A stretch of 64,000 nt of DNA from Squalus acanthias (taxonomy: Eukaryota), in the NCBI GenBank assembly GCA_030390025.1, contig CM059433.1, positions 6,262,001 through 6,326,000 of the forward strand, given 5' to 3'. A program made the position numbers and the translations under genes. Every line of letters begins with the position of its first letter. Position 1 is the stretch's first letter. The notes under the pieces are model-generated. The model did not search any database. It was not told where the DNA came from and saw only the letters and a program-made list of their open reading frames with translations. Shown here in pieces: positions 1 to 10,200 of the stretch.

Positions 1-687
1 AGTGAGTGGGCAAGAACATGGCAAATGGAATATAATGTGGAGAAATGAGAAGTTATCCACTTTGGTAGGAAAAATAGAAAAGCAGAGTATTTTTTCAATG
101 GTGAGAGATTGGGAAATGTTGGTGTTTAGAGGGACCTGGGTGTCCTTGTACACTAATCACTGAAATTTAACATGCAGGTACAGCAAGCAATTAGGAAAGC
201 AAATGGTATGTTGACCTTTATTACAAGAGGATTTGAGTAGAAGAGTAAAGATGTCTTACTGCAATTATATAGGGCCCTGGTGAGACCACACCTGGAGTAT
301 TGTGTACAGTTTTGGTCTCCTTACCTAAGGAAGGATATACTTGCCCTAAAGGGAGTGCAACGAAGGTTCACCAGACTGATTCCTGGGATGGAGGGATTGT
401 CCTATGAGGAGAGATTGAGTAGACTAGGCTTATATTCTCTGGGGTTTAGAAGAATGAGAGGTGATCTCATTGAAACATATAAAATTCTTACAGGGCTTGA
501 CAGGGTAGATGCAGGGAGGATGTTTTCCCTGGCTGGTGAGTCTAGAACCAGGGGTCACAGTCTCAGAATAAGGGGGTCGGCCATTTAGGACTGAGATGAG
601 GAGAAATTTCTTCACTCAGAGGGTGGTGAATCTTTGGAATTCTCTACCCCAGAGGGCTGTGGAGGCTCAGCTGTTGAGTATGTTCAA
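1..687 (+). mobile_element. CR1 LINE 3' fragment
   Basis: RPHLEYCVQFWSP...RRMRGDLIETYKI motif with stops. Confidence 0.9.
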
Positions 688-688
688 A

Positions 689-814
689 AGTGAGAAGTCG
701 CACAACACCAGGTTATAGTCCAACAGTTTTATTTGAAATCACAAGCTTTTGGAGCTGCTGCCCCTTCGTCAGGTGAAGTGACCTGACGAAGGGGCAGCAG
801 CTCCGAAAGCTTGT
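689..814. mobile_element. Penelope-like terminal repeat with inverted partial copy containing hammerhead cores
   Basis: Arms 741-774 and 781-814 are reverse complements (1 mismatch); CTGACGA...GAAAGCTT core on +. Confidence 0.65.
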
Positions 815-816
815 TC

Positions 817-2775
817 TTTGATGTAGTAATGGAGAGCGTTGCTGATGTATATATGACTTTCAAAAGTACCATATAGTAGACTTGTTAGCAAAATTGAAAC
901 CCATGGGATTAAATGGGCAATGGCTGTGTGGATGCGTAATTGGCTAAGGGACAGAAATCAGAGAGTAGTGGTGAATGGTTGTTTTTCAGACTGGAAGGAA
1001 GTGTGCAGTAGTGTGCCCAAGGGGTTGGTGTTGGGACCACTGCTTTTTTTGATATATATTAATGATCTGGACTTGGGTATACAGGGAATAATTTCAAAGT
1101 TCACAGATGACATGAAAGTGAGGAGGATAGTAGCAGACTTCAAGAGAACACAGACCAGGGAAATGGGCAGACACATGGCAGATGAAATTTAACGCAGAGA
1201 AGTGTGAAATGATTCATTTTGGCAGGAAGAATAAGGAGAGGCAATATAAACTAAATGGTACAATTTTAAAGGGGGTGCAGGAACAGAGAGAACTGGGGGT
1301 GTACGTACACAAGTCTTTGAAGGTGGCAGGACAAGTTGAGAAGGCTGTTAAAAAGGCATATGGGATCCTTGGCTTTATTAATAGAGGCACAGGGGGGAAA
1401 ATTCAGTTGGTTAGCGCCTCCCGTTAATGCCTCTGGGGGACGCTAACGGGGCACTAGGAACTTAGCGCCCGAGCGAGGTGATTTTAGCACCGCTCGCGAA
1501 ATTGACCAGTTGTTTTGCGGCGGCGCTAAACACTACCGCCACGATCTCCTGCGCCCGCAGATCGTGACGTCAGTTGAGCGTGCAACGCCCCAGTAGCACA
1601 CCAGACCGGATATTGAGTCGTGCCCCCTGCCTTAGCGCCTGCCACTAGGAACGACAGGTAGAGGGGAACATTTTCAAGTCGGGAAGTGGCTGGGGGAGTG
1701 CTATTTAAAGGCGGGCACTTCCTGCCTTTTCTTGTCGGCAAAATTTTTGGTACAAACAGGTTGAGAGGGAGAGAGACATCTGGAGAGATTTAACGCCCTC
1801 AGCACCACTTTTGAGGTTCCTAATCACCGAGCTCTTTCCCTGGGCCTATTCATTAGTGCTTCCAACACAATTGCTTTAGAGGTCTCTCCAGGCCGAGATT
1901 CAAGGCTGCAATGAGCAGGGTGTGGCTGGCCAGCAAGATGGCCCCTCCCCTTTAAGAACTGGACGGCGCCAGTCTGTCTGGCTTCCATGGTAACGGACAT
2001 CGCCTGAGCTTCGGTAGCGTTCTGAGGTAGCGCCTCACTCCCCGACGTTAGCGCCTTCAGAGAGGTGTGTAGCGCCTGATTTAGCGCTCAAATCACCTCC
2101 AGGGGCGATAAGTTAGCGCCCGGCCGATATTAGCGCCCCAAAATGGGCGATACCCAACTTTTCCCCCATAGAGTTCAAAAGCAAGAAAATTATGTGAAAC
2201 CTTTTATAAAACACTAGTTCGGCACCAGCTGGAGTATTGTGGCCAATTCTGGACACCACACTTTAGGAAGGATGTCAAGACCTTAGAGAAGGTGCAGAGG
2301 AGATTTACTCAAATGGTACCAGGGATGAAAGACTTCAGTTATGTGGAGAGACAAGAGAAGCTGGGGTTGTTTACTTAGAGAAGATAAGGTTAAGGGGAGA
2401 TTTGATAGAGGGGTTCAAAATCATGAAGGGTTTTGATAGAGTAAATAAGGAGAAACTGTTTCCAGTGGCAGAAGGGTCGATAACCAAAGGACACGAATTT
2501 AAGGTCATTGGCAAAAGAACCAGAGGCGAGATAAGGAAAAAAAAAAACTTTATGCAGCGAGGGATCTAGAATGTACTACCTGAAAGGCTGGTGGAAGCGG
2601 ATTCAATATAACTTTCAAAAGGGAATTGGATAAATACTTGAAGTGGAAAGATTTGCAGGACTGTGGGGAAAGAGCAGAACAGTGGGACTAATTGGAGAGC
2701 TCTTTCAAAGAGCCAGCACAGGCACAATGGGTCAAATGGCCTCCTTCTGTGCTGTATCATTCTATGATTTTATGA
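817..2775 (+). mobile_element. CR1 LINE RT/3' fragment interrupted by a MITE
   Basis: QRVVVNGCFS...GPLLFLIYINDL RT segment; sequence resumes at 2168. Confidence 0.85.
1392..2167. mobile_element. Non-autonomous Harbinger-like MITE
   Basis: Ends GGGGGGAAAATT...AACTTTTCCCCC; 3-bp flanks ACA/ATA splitting the CR1 sequence; many TAGCGCC subterminal motifs. Confidence 0.7.
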
Positions 2776-4132
2776 TACAGACATCACAGGTAATTGTAAT
2801 TGCAAAAGATTCTTCATATGAGCTGGTTTACATATAAGTTTTCAATAGAATGTGTGCCACATATATGGAATTTAAAATATTACTAGTAAATTGCCTATGG
2901 TCAGATGATGAATATAAGATTCTTTTTATATACCGGCACAGGTACGATGAGCCGAATGGCCTCGTTCGGTGTTGTATTAGTCTATGGTTCCATGATTATA
3001 TAATGGTGATGGAGTTGGAAGAGAGGTGTCAGAAACCTGCTCCACAGAGTCATCTAGTGGACAGAGTCTGCAGCTACATTGTGACTGTTGACCTAGCAAA
3101 GTTGAAAGGGAAATGTAAATTGACATAACAATTTACAGTGATAAATGCTGTCAGATGCGTGACCAAAAATCATGACAATAGGAAGTAAAATTTATGGCGA
3201 GGATGTGTTTGCCCTATGCAAGATTTTTTAATAATATATAGATAGATTACTAGCAGATTACGATTAGTCATAGGATACTGTGGTTTATCATGGAACATTA
3301 CTGTGAATAGGGGAAGTGTTCATGGGAGTAAGTGTGCACCAGACACAAGACTTTTAATGAACTACTAGTCCGTCTCCAGTGATGTTGCACAGAGGCATTT
3401 AAGGCCAAGTATAATCTTCAGTTGAAGCGGGATTAGTGGGCGGGCAATAATTGGATCAGGGCACGCAGATGAAAGTCAATCCCCATTTAAAAGTCATACA
3501 TCTGTCCTTATTTTTATATAATAATTTAATGTTCTGTTATAATCTATAGTTAAAAGCAGAACTCACAGCAATTTGGAAAGCAGAGAAGTAGAATTGGTTT
3601 GGAGCTTGAGTTTCTCTACAGTACAAACTGAGGAGCTGGGAGATGGAAAACTGAGCCTCTACAGCACCACCACTGATGGAAGGTTGTCATTATAACATAG
3701 CAAGGTTAAATAGGAAGTTTGAACTTGCATTTATATAGTGCCTTTATCATAGAAAAATGTCTCCAGGTACTTCAGGGAGGTGTAATTAAAAAAAAATGAA
3801 TCCATGACAAAAGACATCAAAGGTGGAGGTGAGGGAGCGGTTGAGCAGATTGACAACTGCATAAGTATTTTGAGGAATGATACTTTGGATGTGCAATTGT
3901 AAGTGACTTGGAGTTTATTCCAGGGGCAGGCAGACGCTTTAAAGAAAGTGGGGTTGGAGGGTGCGGATGTTGAGGGATAGATGTGTGGTAGACCTAAGTG
4001 ACTCAAAAGAAACATAACTCCAAACTAGTGACAGATGGCAAATAACCTTAATTTTAAAATGATTAGATCAATATTATGTAACTTTTACAGCAGCCCCCTC
4101 CCCCCCCCCCAAAAAAAAGATTAATTACTTAG

Positions 4133-4603
4133 GATATATGGCACAGAAACAGGCTTTTCGGCCCAACCAGTCCAGATGCCGGCTTTTATGCTCCAAACAA
4201 GCCTCCTCCCTCTATTCCCTTCTCCTTCATATGCTTGTCTAACCTCCCCTTAAATGCATCCATACTACTCGCTTCAACCACTCCCTGTGATAGCGAGTTC
4301 CACATTCTTACCACTCTTTGGGTAAAGAAGTTTCTTCTGAATTCCCTATTGGATTTCTTGGTGACTATCTTATATTGATGGGCTCTATTTATGCTCTTCC
4401 CCACAAGTGGAAACATTCTCTCTGTATCCACTCTATCAAAACCTTTCATAATTTTATAGACCTCTATTAGGTCACCCCTCAGCCTTTTTTCAAGAGAAAA
4501 GAGACACAGCCTGTTCATCCTTTCCTGATTTGCATTTCTGGTATCATCCTTGTAAATCTTCCCTGCACTCTCTCAGGTGCCTCTACATCCTTTTTATAAT
4601 ATG
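4133..4603 (-). mobile_element. CR1 LINE 3' fragment
   Basis: LRGDLIEVYKIMKGFDRV...NFFTQRVVRMWNSL. Confidence 0.88.
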
Positions 4604-4845
4604 TAGTCACTTGAATGTGGGAAACGCGGCAGCCAATTTGCGCACAGTAAACTCCCACAAACAGCAATGTGATAATGACCAGATAATCTGTTTTTGTTAT
4701 GTTGATTGAGGGATGTTGTTATGTTGATTGGCCCCAGGACACCAGGGAGAACTCCCATCTCTTCTTCGAAATAGTGCCATGGGATCTTTTACGTCCACCT
4801 GAGAGGGCAGACAGGGCCTCGGTTTAACGTCTCATCTGAAGAACG
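4604..4845 (-). mobile_element. DeuSINE-type SINE fragment
   Basis: Reverse complement of the body of the SINE at 4973-5440. Confidence 0.75.
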
Positions 4846-4972
4846 AAATCCGAAAGTACTTAATTGGCTGTAAAGCGCTTTGAGACGTCGGGCGGCAGGT
4901 CGTGAAAGACTGCCGTAGAAATGACCAAGTGGTCATGGACCTGAAACGTTGACTCTGTTTCTCTCTCTCTAG

Positions 4973-5440
4973 TGTCAGCTGTGGCTCAGTGGGTAGCCCA
5001 CTCGCCTCTTGAGTCAGAAGGTTGTGGGTTCAAGTCCCACTCCAGAGACTCGAGCACAAAAATCTAGGCTGACACTCCTGTGCAGTGCTGAGGGAGCGCT
5101 TCACTGTCGGAGGTGCCGTCTTTCAGATGAGACGTTAAACCGGGGCCCCGTCTGCTCTCTCCGGTGGACATAAAAGATCCCATGGGCACTATTTCGAAGA
5201 AGAGCAGGGGAGTTATCCCCGGTGTCCAGCAGCCAATTATTTCTCCCTCAACCAACATCACTAAAACGGATTATCTGGCCATTATCAGGTTGCTGTTCGT
5301 GGGAGCTTGCTGTGTGCAAATTGGCTGCCGTGTTTCCCACATTACAACAGTGGCTCCACTTCAAAAGTACTTCACTGGCTGTAAAGCGCTTTGAGACGTC
5401 CGGTGGTCGTGAAAGGCGCTATAGAAATGCAAGTCTTTCT
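4973..5440 (+). mobile_element. Full-length tRNA-derived DeuSINE (SacSINE1-like), inserted in a Penelope-like terminal fragment (4937-5525)
   Basis: A box TGGCTCAGTGG, B box GGTTCAAGTCC; shared body; tail AATGCAAGTCTTTC; near-identical copies elsewhere in the window. Confidence 0.85.
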
Positions 5441-5619
5441 TTTTACAGATGCTGCCTGACCTGCTGAGTATTTCCAGCAATTTTTTTTTAATTTCAGATT
5501 TCCAGCGTCCGCAGTATTTTGCTTTTATATAAATGCAAGTTCTTTCTTTCTTTTCAGTTACCATGCTGTGTTGCTATTTGTTCCCTCTTTCTCCCTCGAC
5601 GAATTTTTTACTTTTTGGG

Positions 5620-5850
5620 GGCACGGACGGCTTGCAGGTGACGTGCGCGCCTTGGCTATTGGTCGGGCGGGAGCGCGCGGGAGCGGGGGCGCGGGAGCGG
5701 CAGCCGTTAGGCGCGGGCGGGGGCGCGCGCGCTCCGAGTGAGCGCAGACGAGAGCAAACCGATCAGGACCGGTTTGGGCTGGACACGTCGCCTGGCAACC
5801 CGGCCTCGCGCTATAAAAGGCGCCGGCCGAGCGGCGGCTGGCTTCATTCT
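5620..5850 (+). promoter_or_regulatory. ODC1: ODC1 CpG-island core promoter
   Basis: CpG-dense; TATAAAA at 5812-5818; Inr-like TCATTCT at 5844-5850 about 30 nt downstream; CRE-like TGACGTG at 5639-5645; inverted CCAAT (ATTGG) at 5658-5662; GC boxes GGGCGG at 5665 and ~5715. Confidence 0.8.
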
Positions 5851-5951
5851 GCCTCAGAGAAAGCGACGTGAGCGGAGGGAAGATTTAGTTCCTCCTTTTT
5901 TTTCTAAACGTATTTCTTCGATGGACACAGTCTTCGTAAATGTTTTTTAAG
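5846..5951 (+). other. ODC1: ODC1 5'UTR exon 1 (start approximate)
   Basis: Follows TATA/Inr; ends at donor AAG|gtaatt (5951/5952). Confidence 0.65.
5921..5950 (+). other. Short AUG uORF MDTVFVNVF* in ODC1 exon 1
   Basis: ATG 5921 to TAA 5948-5950; overlaps the AUG at 5940 in another frame. Confidence 0.55.
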
Positions 5952-6036
5952 GTAATTTTTTAAAATATAAATTAAAAACTTTTCTTTACTGTCAGCGGTT
6001 TCCCCCTCACGTAACCGATATAAATTTGCCGTGTGC

Positions 6037-6042
6037 CACGTG
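6037..6042. promoter_or_regulatory. Canonical E-box CACGTG in ODC1 intron 1
   Basis: Exact CACGTG; mammalian ODC1 is a MYC target through intron-1 E-boxes. Confidence 0.55.
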
Positions 6043-6464
6043 TTAATTTAAGGTGGTTGGTTGGTGGTGGTAGGAGAAAGAAATTCGTTTTTGTTTTAAC
6101 ATTTAAAAATTATTTTATTTAAAAAAAAAGAAACGGCCTGACTCGTACTGGGAGAAAATTAGTCTTCATTTTAAGTGACAAATGGAATTAGTGGAGGAAA
6201 CTCCTCTGCGATTTCGAGCTGCTTCGGGGAGAGGAAGAGCGGGGGGGGGATTAACTTAAATTAATGTCTCATCATTTTTTAGTCACTGAAGGATGTGTAA
6301 GTGGAACGGGTTGGGCCCCGGCGGCGGCTGTGATGAAATACCTTTGGGGTTGGGGCGGCCCACGACCGGCCGGCCGGTGTCCGTCTGATGTCTGCGAGCG
6401 GATTTCCGTGCTCGGGCCCCGCCCTCCCTCCGTCTCCCCATTGGTTCCCGGGGTGCGCCCGGCC

Positions 6465-6470
6465 CACGTG
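6465..6470. promoter_or_regulatory. Canonical E-box CACGTG in ODC1 intron 1
   Basis: CCCACGTGGG palindrome within the CpG island. Confidence 0.6.
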
Positions 6471-6857
6471 GGGGCAGACGGGTTCTGCTTTCCCATTGGG
6501 CGACGGACACGTCAGTCAAATAGATGACACCCGGGTTGGGCGGGGGGGGAAGAGAAAATGAATGGGAGCGAGCAAAAAAAAGGAAGGAAGGGAGAGAGGG
6601 GATTGGGCAACGCTGACTGTAGCATGCACCAGTGCAGTGCTCTGTACTCTGTGACACGGTGCCATGCACCGATGCAGTGCCGAAATCGAGTGCGTGTTGC
6701 TGTAGAATGCAATACTCGGTCGACTTGGTGTCACTGCAGCATGCACTCACGACTGTTACTGGGTTCAGAATAGGGGAGAAAAACCCACCGTGGCTTGATT
6801 TTTTGTTCTGCCCAAAATATTCACCATCTAATAATTTTGTGCGCAATTCCGTTTCAG

Positions 6858-7004
6858 AACGAACAAGCCAGAAAGGTATACAACGGCTACGTGGAGAGCC
6901 CAGACCTTGCGTTGTATCTTCGAGGGTTTAACTCTGTTGGAAAGCCGCCTTGGCGAGACAGCTGAGTTTTGCTTTTAAATAGATTCCATCTCTTACTTGT
7001 CCAT
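6858..7004 (+). other. ODC1: ODC1 5'UTR exon 2
   Basis: Acceptor ccgtttcag at 6857; donor CAT|gtgggt at 7004/7005; contains the uCC-like C-terminus. Confidence 0.7.
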
Positions 7005-7142
7005 GTGGGTATAAATGCTTACCAGTTAACACTATTCGGAATGTTTGCTTTTGTTATCCTGTATCATTTAGCTTATTATTTATTTTTCAGTTTGTTGCAT
7101 ATTGCGAATTCCTGCTTTGTGAAACTTACTACAAATCTCAGA

Positions 7143-7244
7143 ATGAATGACTTCAGCAATGGTGACTTTGACTTTGCCTTCATTGAGGAAGGATTCAGTG
7201 CCAGAGACATCTTGGAGAGCAAAATAAATGAAGTTTTTCATTCT
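7143..7244 (+). CDS. ODC1: ODC1 coding exon 1 (exon 3; exon starts 7091)
   Basis: [34 protein letters not shown]; donor gtaagt. Confidence 0.95.
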
Positions 7245-10200
7245 GTAAGTATTAATGTTATTTAATTGTCATGTGAAGTGCAGTGAGACATCTTACCATG
7301 TTAAAGGCACTATATAAATGACAGTTTTTGTTATCCTTCTATGGCCTTTCCCCAGTATCCCACTGTGGCCTTGCCCCAACTTGTCTCAGACTTTGGCCTC
7401 TTGTCCCCTCCTCTCAGGGCATTTTTCTACATTTTAAAGGTGCTATATAATGTTTTTATGACTATTTCTAGCATTAGAATTTGACCTTGTACCTATTATA
7501 ATCCTAGGATGACAAAGATGCTTTTTATGTTGCGGACTTGGGTGACATTGTCAAGAAGCACATGCGGTGGCACAGAGTCCTTCCTCGAGTCACTCCATTT
7601 TATGCTGTCAAATGCAATGATGATAAAGCTGTGGTAAAAACCCTTGCTACTTTGGGCGCTGGATTTGATTGTGCTAGCAAGGTATGCTAATATTCTGAAT
7701 TCTCTGTATTCTAATTTAAGTTTGCCTGTGTTATATGTTTGTAATGATTTTAATACAATCATTCTTTACAGACTGAAATTCAGATGGTGCAGAGCCTTGA
7801 TGTTCCAGTTGAGAGAATAATCTATGCTAACCCTTGCAAACAATTGTCTCAGATCAAATATGCTGCAACACATGGGGTACAGAAGATGACATTTGATAGT
7901 GAAGTGGAGCTGATGAAAGTAGCAAGATGCCACCCAAATGCAAAGTAAGTTGCTGATCGCGTACTACTGAGGAAAACTCAAATTTGTGCACAAAATCTTG
8001 CACATAGCTTTGAATTTTGTAAGGAAATGGGTGGAAATTATTGGGTTTCAATGTCAACTTTGGCACTTCTGATGTTTATTTTTTATAATACCTTTGTAAT
8101 AATACATCCCAAGATAATTAGTACAGTTTGAACAGTGAGGGGACTTTTAAAGGCAGAGAGGGAGTTTATGTAGGATACAGATGGCTGAAAGTATAGCTAA
8201 CTGGGGTGTGGTGGGAGGGAAATGTGAAACCAGCCTGTACCATGGCATGTTGGTCTACTCTGAATTATGTAGGGCATTTTAGTAAATAAACTACACTTGT
8301 GAAAGTGTTTGAGCTTGTGCATTGTGCAGAGTTGTAAAGTGTTCTTCATGCTACATTTTTGGACATGGGGTGGGAGGAGAATGCGAATGTTCAACAATCC
8401 TTTGGATCTTTCAGCAGTTACTGAGGGAGGGGAAAATATCTAATCTGGTTGGGAGACTTCAGTCCAGTGGAAGTGCTGTGTAGGATGGCGAGTAACATTG
8501 TATGCTGTGTATGTGGCTTTCTTCACAATTAGATATTCAGTTTAGTTATTGGCACGAGTCTACTGGACTGATGAAAATTGAGCTTCAGCTTGAAATGGAG
8601 GATAGGATCAAACTTAGTTATGAAAACCCAGGTATGAAGGATGGTCCCGACATTTTGCTTGCCCTGGCAAGTTAATCCACCATGATATTGACAGTTGGCA
8701 TTACAATTTACATATCCCCCTGTTTTCATCTTTTAGGTTATTTTGTTTAGACTAGTTTTATGTTAGAATATTCCAGAATATCTCAATTGGGCAAGCTGTG
8801 CTGTTTCGTCTCACTTCTGTCAGGTGTTTTGTCTGACAGATCTTAATTCTAGGATGTTGTTTCCTGCACAGGTTTTCCTATTTTAGGTTGCCTGTGGTGA
8901 TTCATCTACTGGATTTTGGATTCTCCTTTATACTGTTTCATTGACACCTTTATCAGAACTAACGTCGAATCCTGACGTAAAATGCATCCACCTCTTCCTC
9001 TGTCCTAGGCTGGTTCTGCGTATTGCTACTGATGATTCCAAGGCTATCTGCCGCCTGAGTGTGAAGTTTGGAGCAACACTCAAGACTAGTAGACTTCTCC
9101 TTGAACGTGCCAAAGAGCTGAATATTGACATTATTGGAGTGAGGTAGATCTGCCATTGTTATTTTGAATTGTGCTGATAGTTTGCGTTATGTAAAGGTTG
9201 ATTGCATGGAAACAACACTACAAAAAATTGCAAAATCTTAGCTGACAGGAGTTAAAATAATCAATGTGGCCCAACTGTAATTATGGTATGAAACTTTTAG
9301 ATTTTGATGCAATGCAGAAAATATTGGAGCTTTTAATAATCTTGTGTGCCAGTTAATGTGGATTAATTTTTTTAGTGTAGCCTTTTGCACAATTGTGTAT
9401 GTTTGGCACCTTCAAGACTGGTGTCTTGAATTTTAGATTGGGTTTCTTAAATATGCAATATGGTTTTAAAGCAGGCAATTTGCTACATTCCATTACTATC
9501 CATCACCACTTTGAATTAATAGCATCTGAATGCAGCTTCTCTTTCCTTCCCCCACCCCCCATTTCAGTTTGTACTTGGATCAGTAGAAACCAGGTGTTTA
9601 AGTACACTTTTGGTTTAAAAAGCACTCCTGTATCACACTGGTTGAAATCTATTAGCTTTATTAGGTACTGACTTGTATGGACTCATTTTTGTCTCCCGTG
9701 AAAGCTTTCATGTGGGAAGTGGTTGCACAGACGCTCAAACATATGCCCAGGCAATTGCAGATGCTCGTTTTGTTTTTGATATGGGGGTAGGTATCTTGAT
9801 TTCACCAGTTTTTAATGTCTTCGTTTAAGCAGAATTAAGTGTTTAATGATGTCCATTGCCATTTTTATATGTGTTGCAATTTGAAGTCCAAAAGTTATTG
9901 GTTTGGAGTTGTATCCTGACTGTTTAGTTTGCTTACCGTGTCCTGTTAATTTTAGGTAGAGTACGGTTTCAGCATGTATTTGCTTGATATCGGTGGTGGG
10001 TTCCCCGGTTCAGAAGACACCAAGCTCAAATTTGAAGAGGTGAGAAGTGCTGCTGCTTAGTCTCAAGTGAAATTTGCCTGAAAATGAGAGCTGATTAACT
10101 CTAACTCTAATAATATTTTTAGATTGCAGCTGTTATCAATCCTGCATTGGACAAATATTTCCCCATTGATTCTGGAGTTCAAGTCATTGCTGAGCCTGGT

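Larger units (their letters stand above)
5940..6965 (+). other. Spliced upstream conserved coding region (uCC-like uORF) join(5940..5951,6858..6965), 39 aa, MFFKNEQARKVYNGYVESPDLALYLRGFNSVGKPPWRDS*
   Basis: Exon 2 is open in phase 0 from acceptor tttcag|6858 to TGA 6963-6965. It carries the VYN...LY...FN...PPWxxS* pattern recalled from the AZIN1/ODC uCC. The start codon assignment depends on the 5951 donor. Confidence 0.75.

Noticed and set aside
4973..5045. tRNA genes at SINE heads (also 14722, 36349, 54652)
   Set aside because: A/B boxes continue into the SINE body; these are tRNA-derived SINE heads
6775..6800. Second PPW (GEKNPPWLDF) in the 6632-6931 ORF
   Set aside because: Lies upstream of the 6857 acceptor, is not followed by xxS-stop and lacks the other uCC residues; probably chance
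6283..6846. 187-aa antisense ORF in ODC1 intron 1
   Set aside because: GC-rich CpG-island sequence with low stop density; no recognisable domain
8568..8597. CTGATGA...GAAA hammerhead-like core in an ODC1 intron
   Set aside because: Stem II does not start next to the core and stems I and III cannot be drawn
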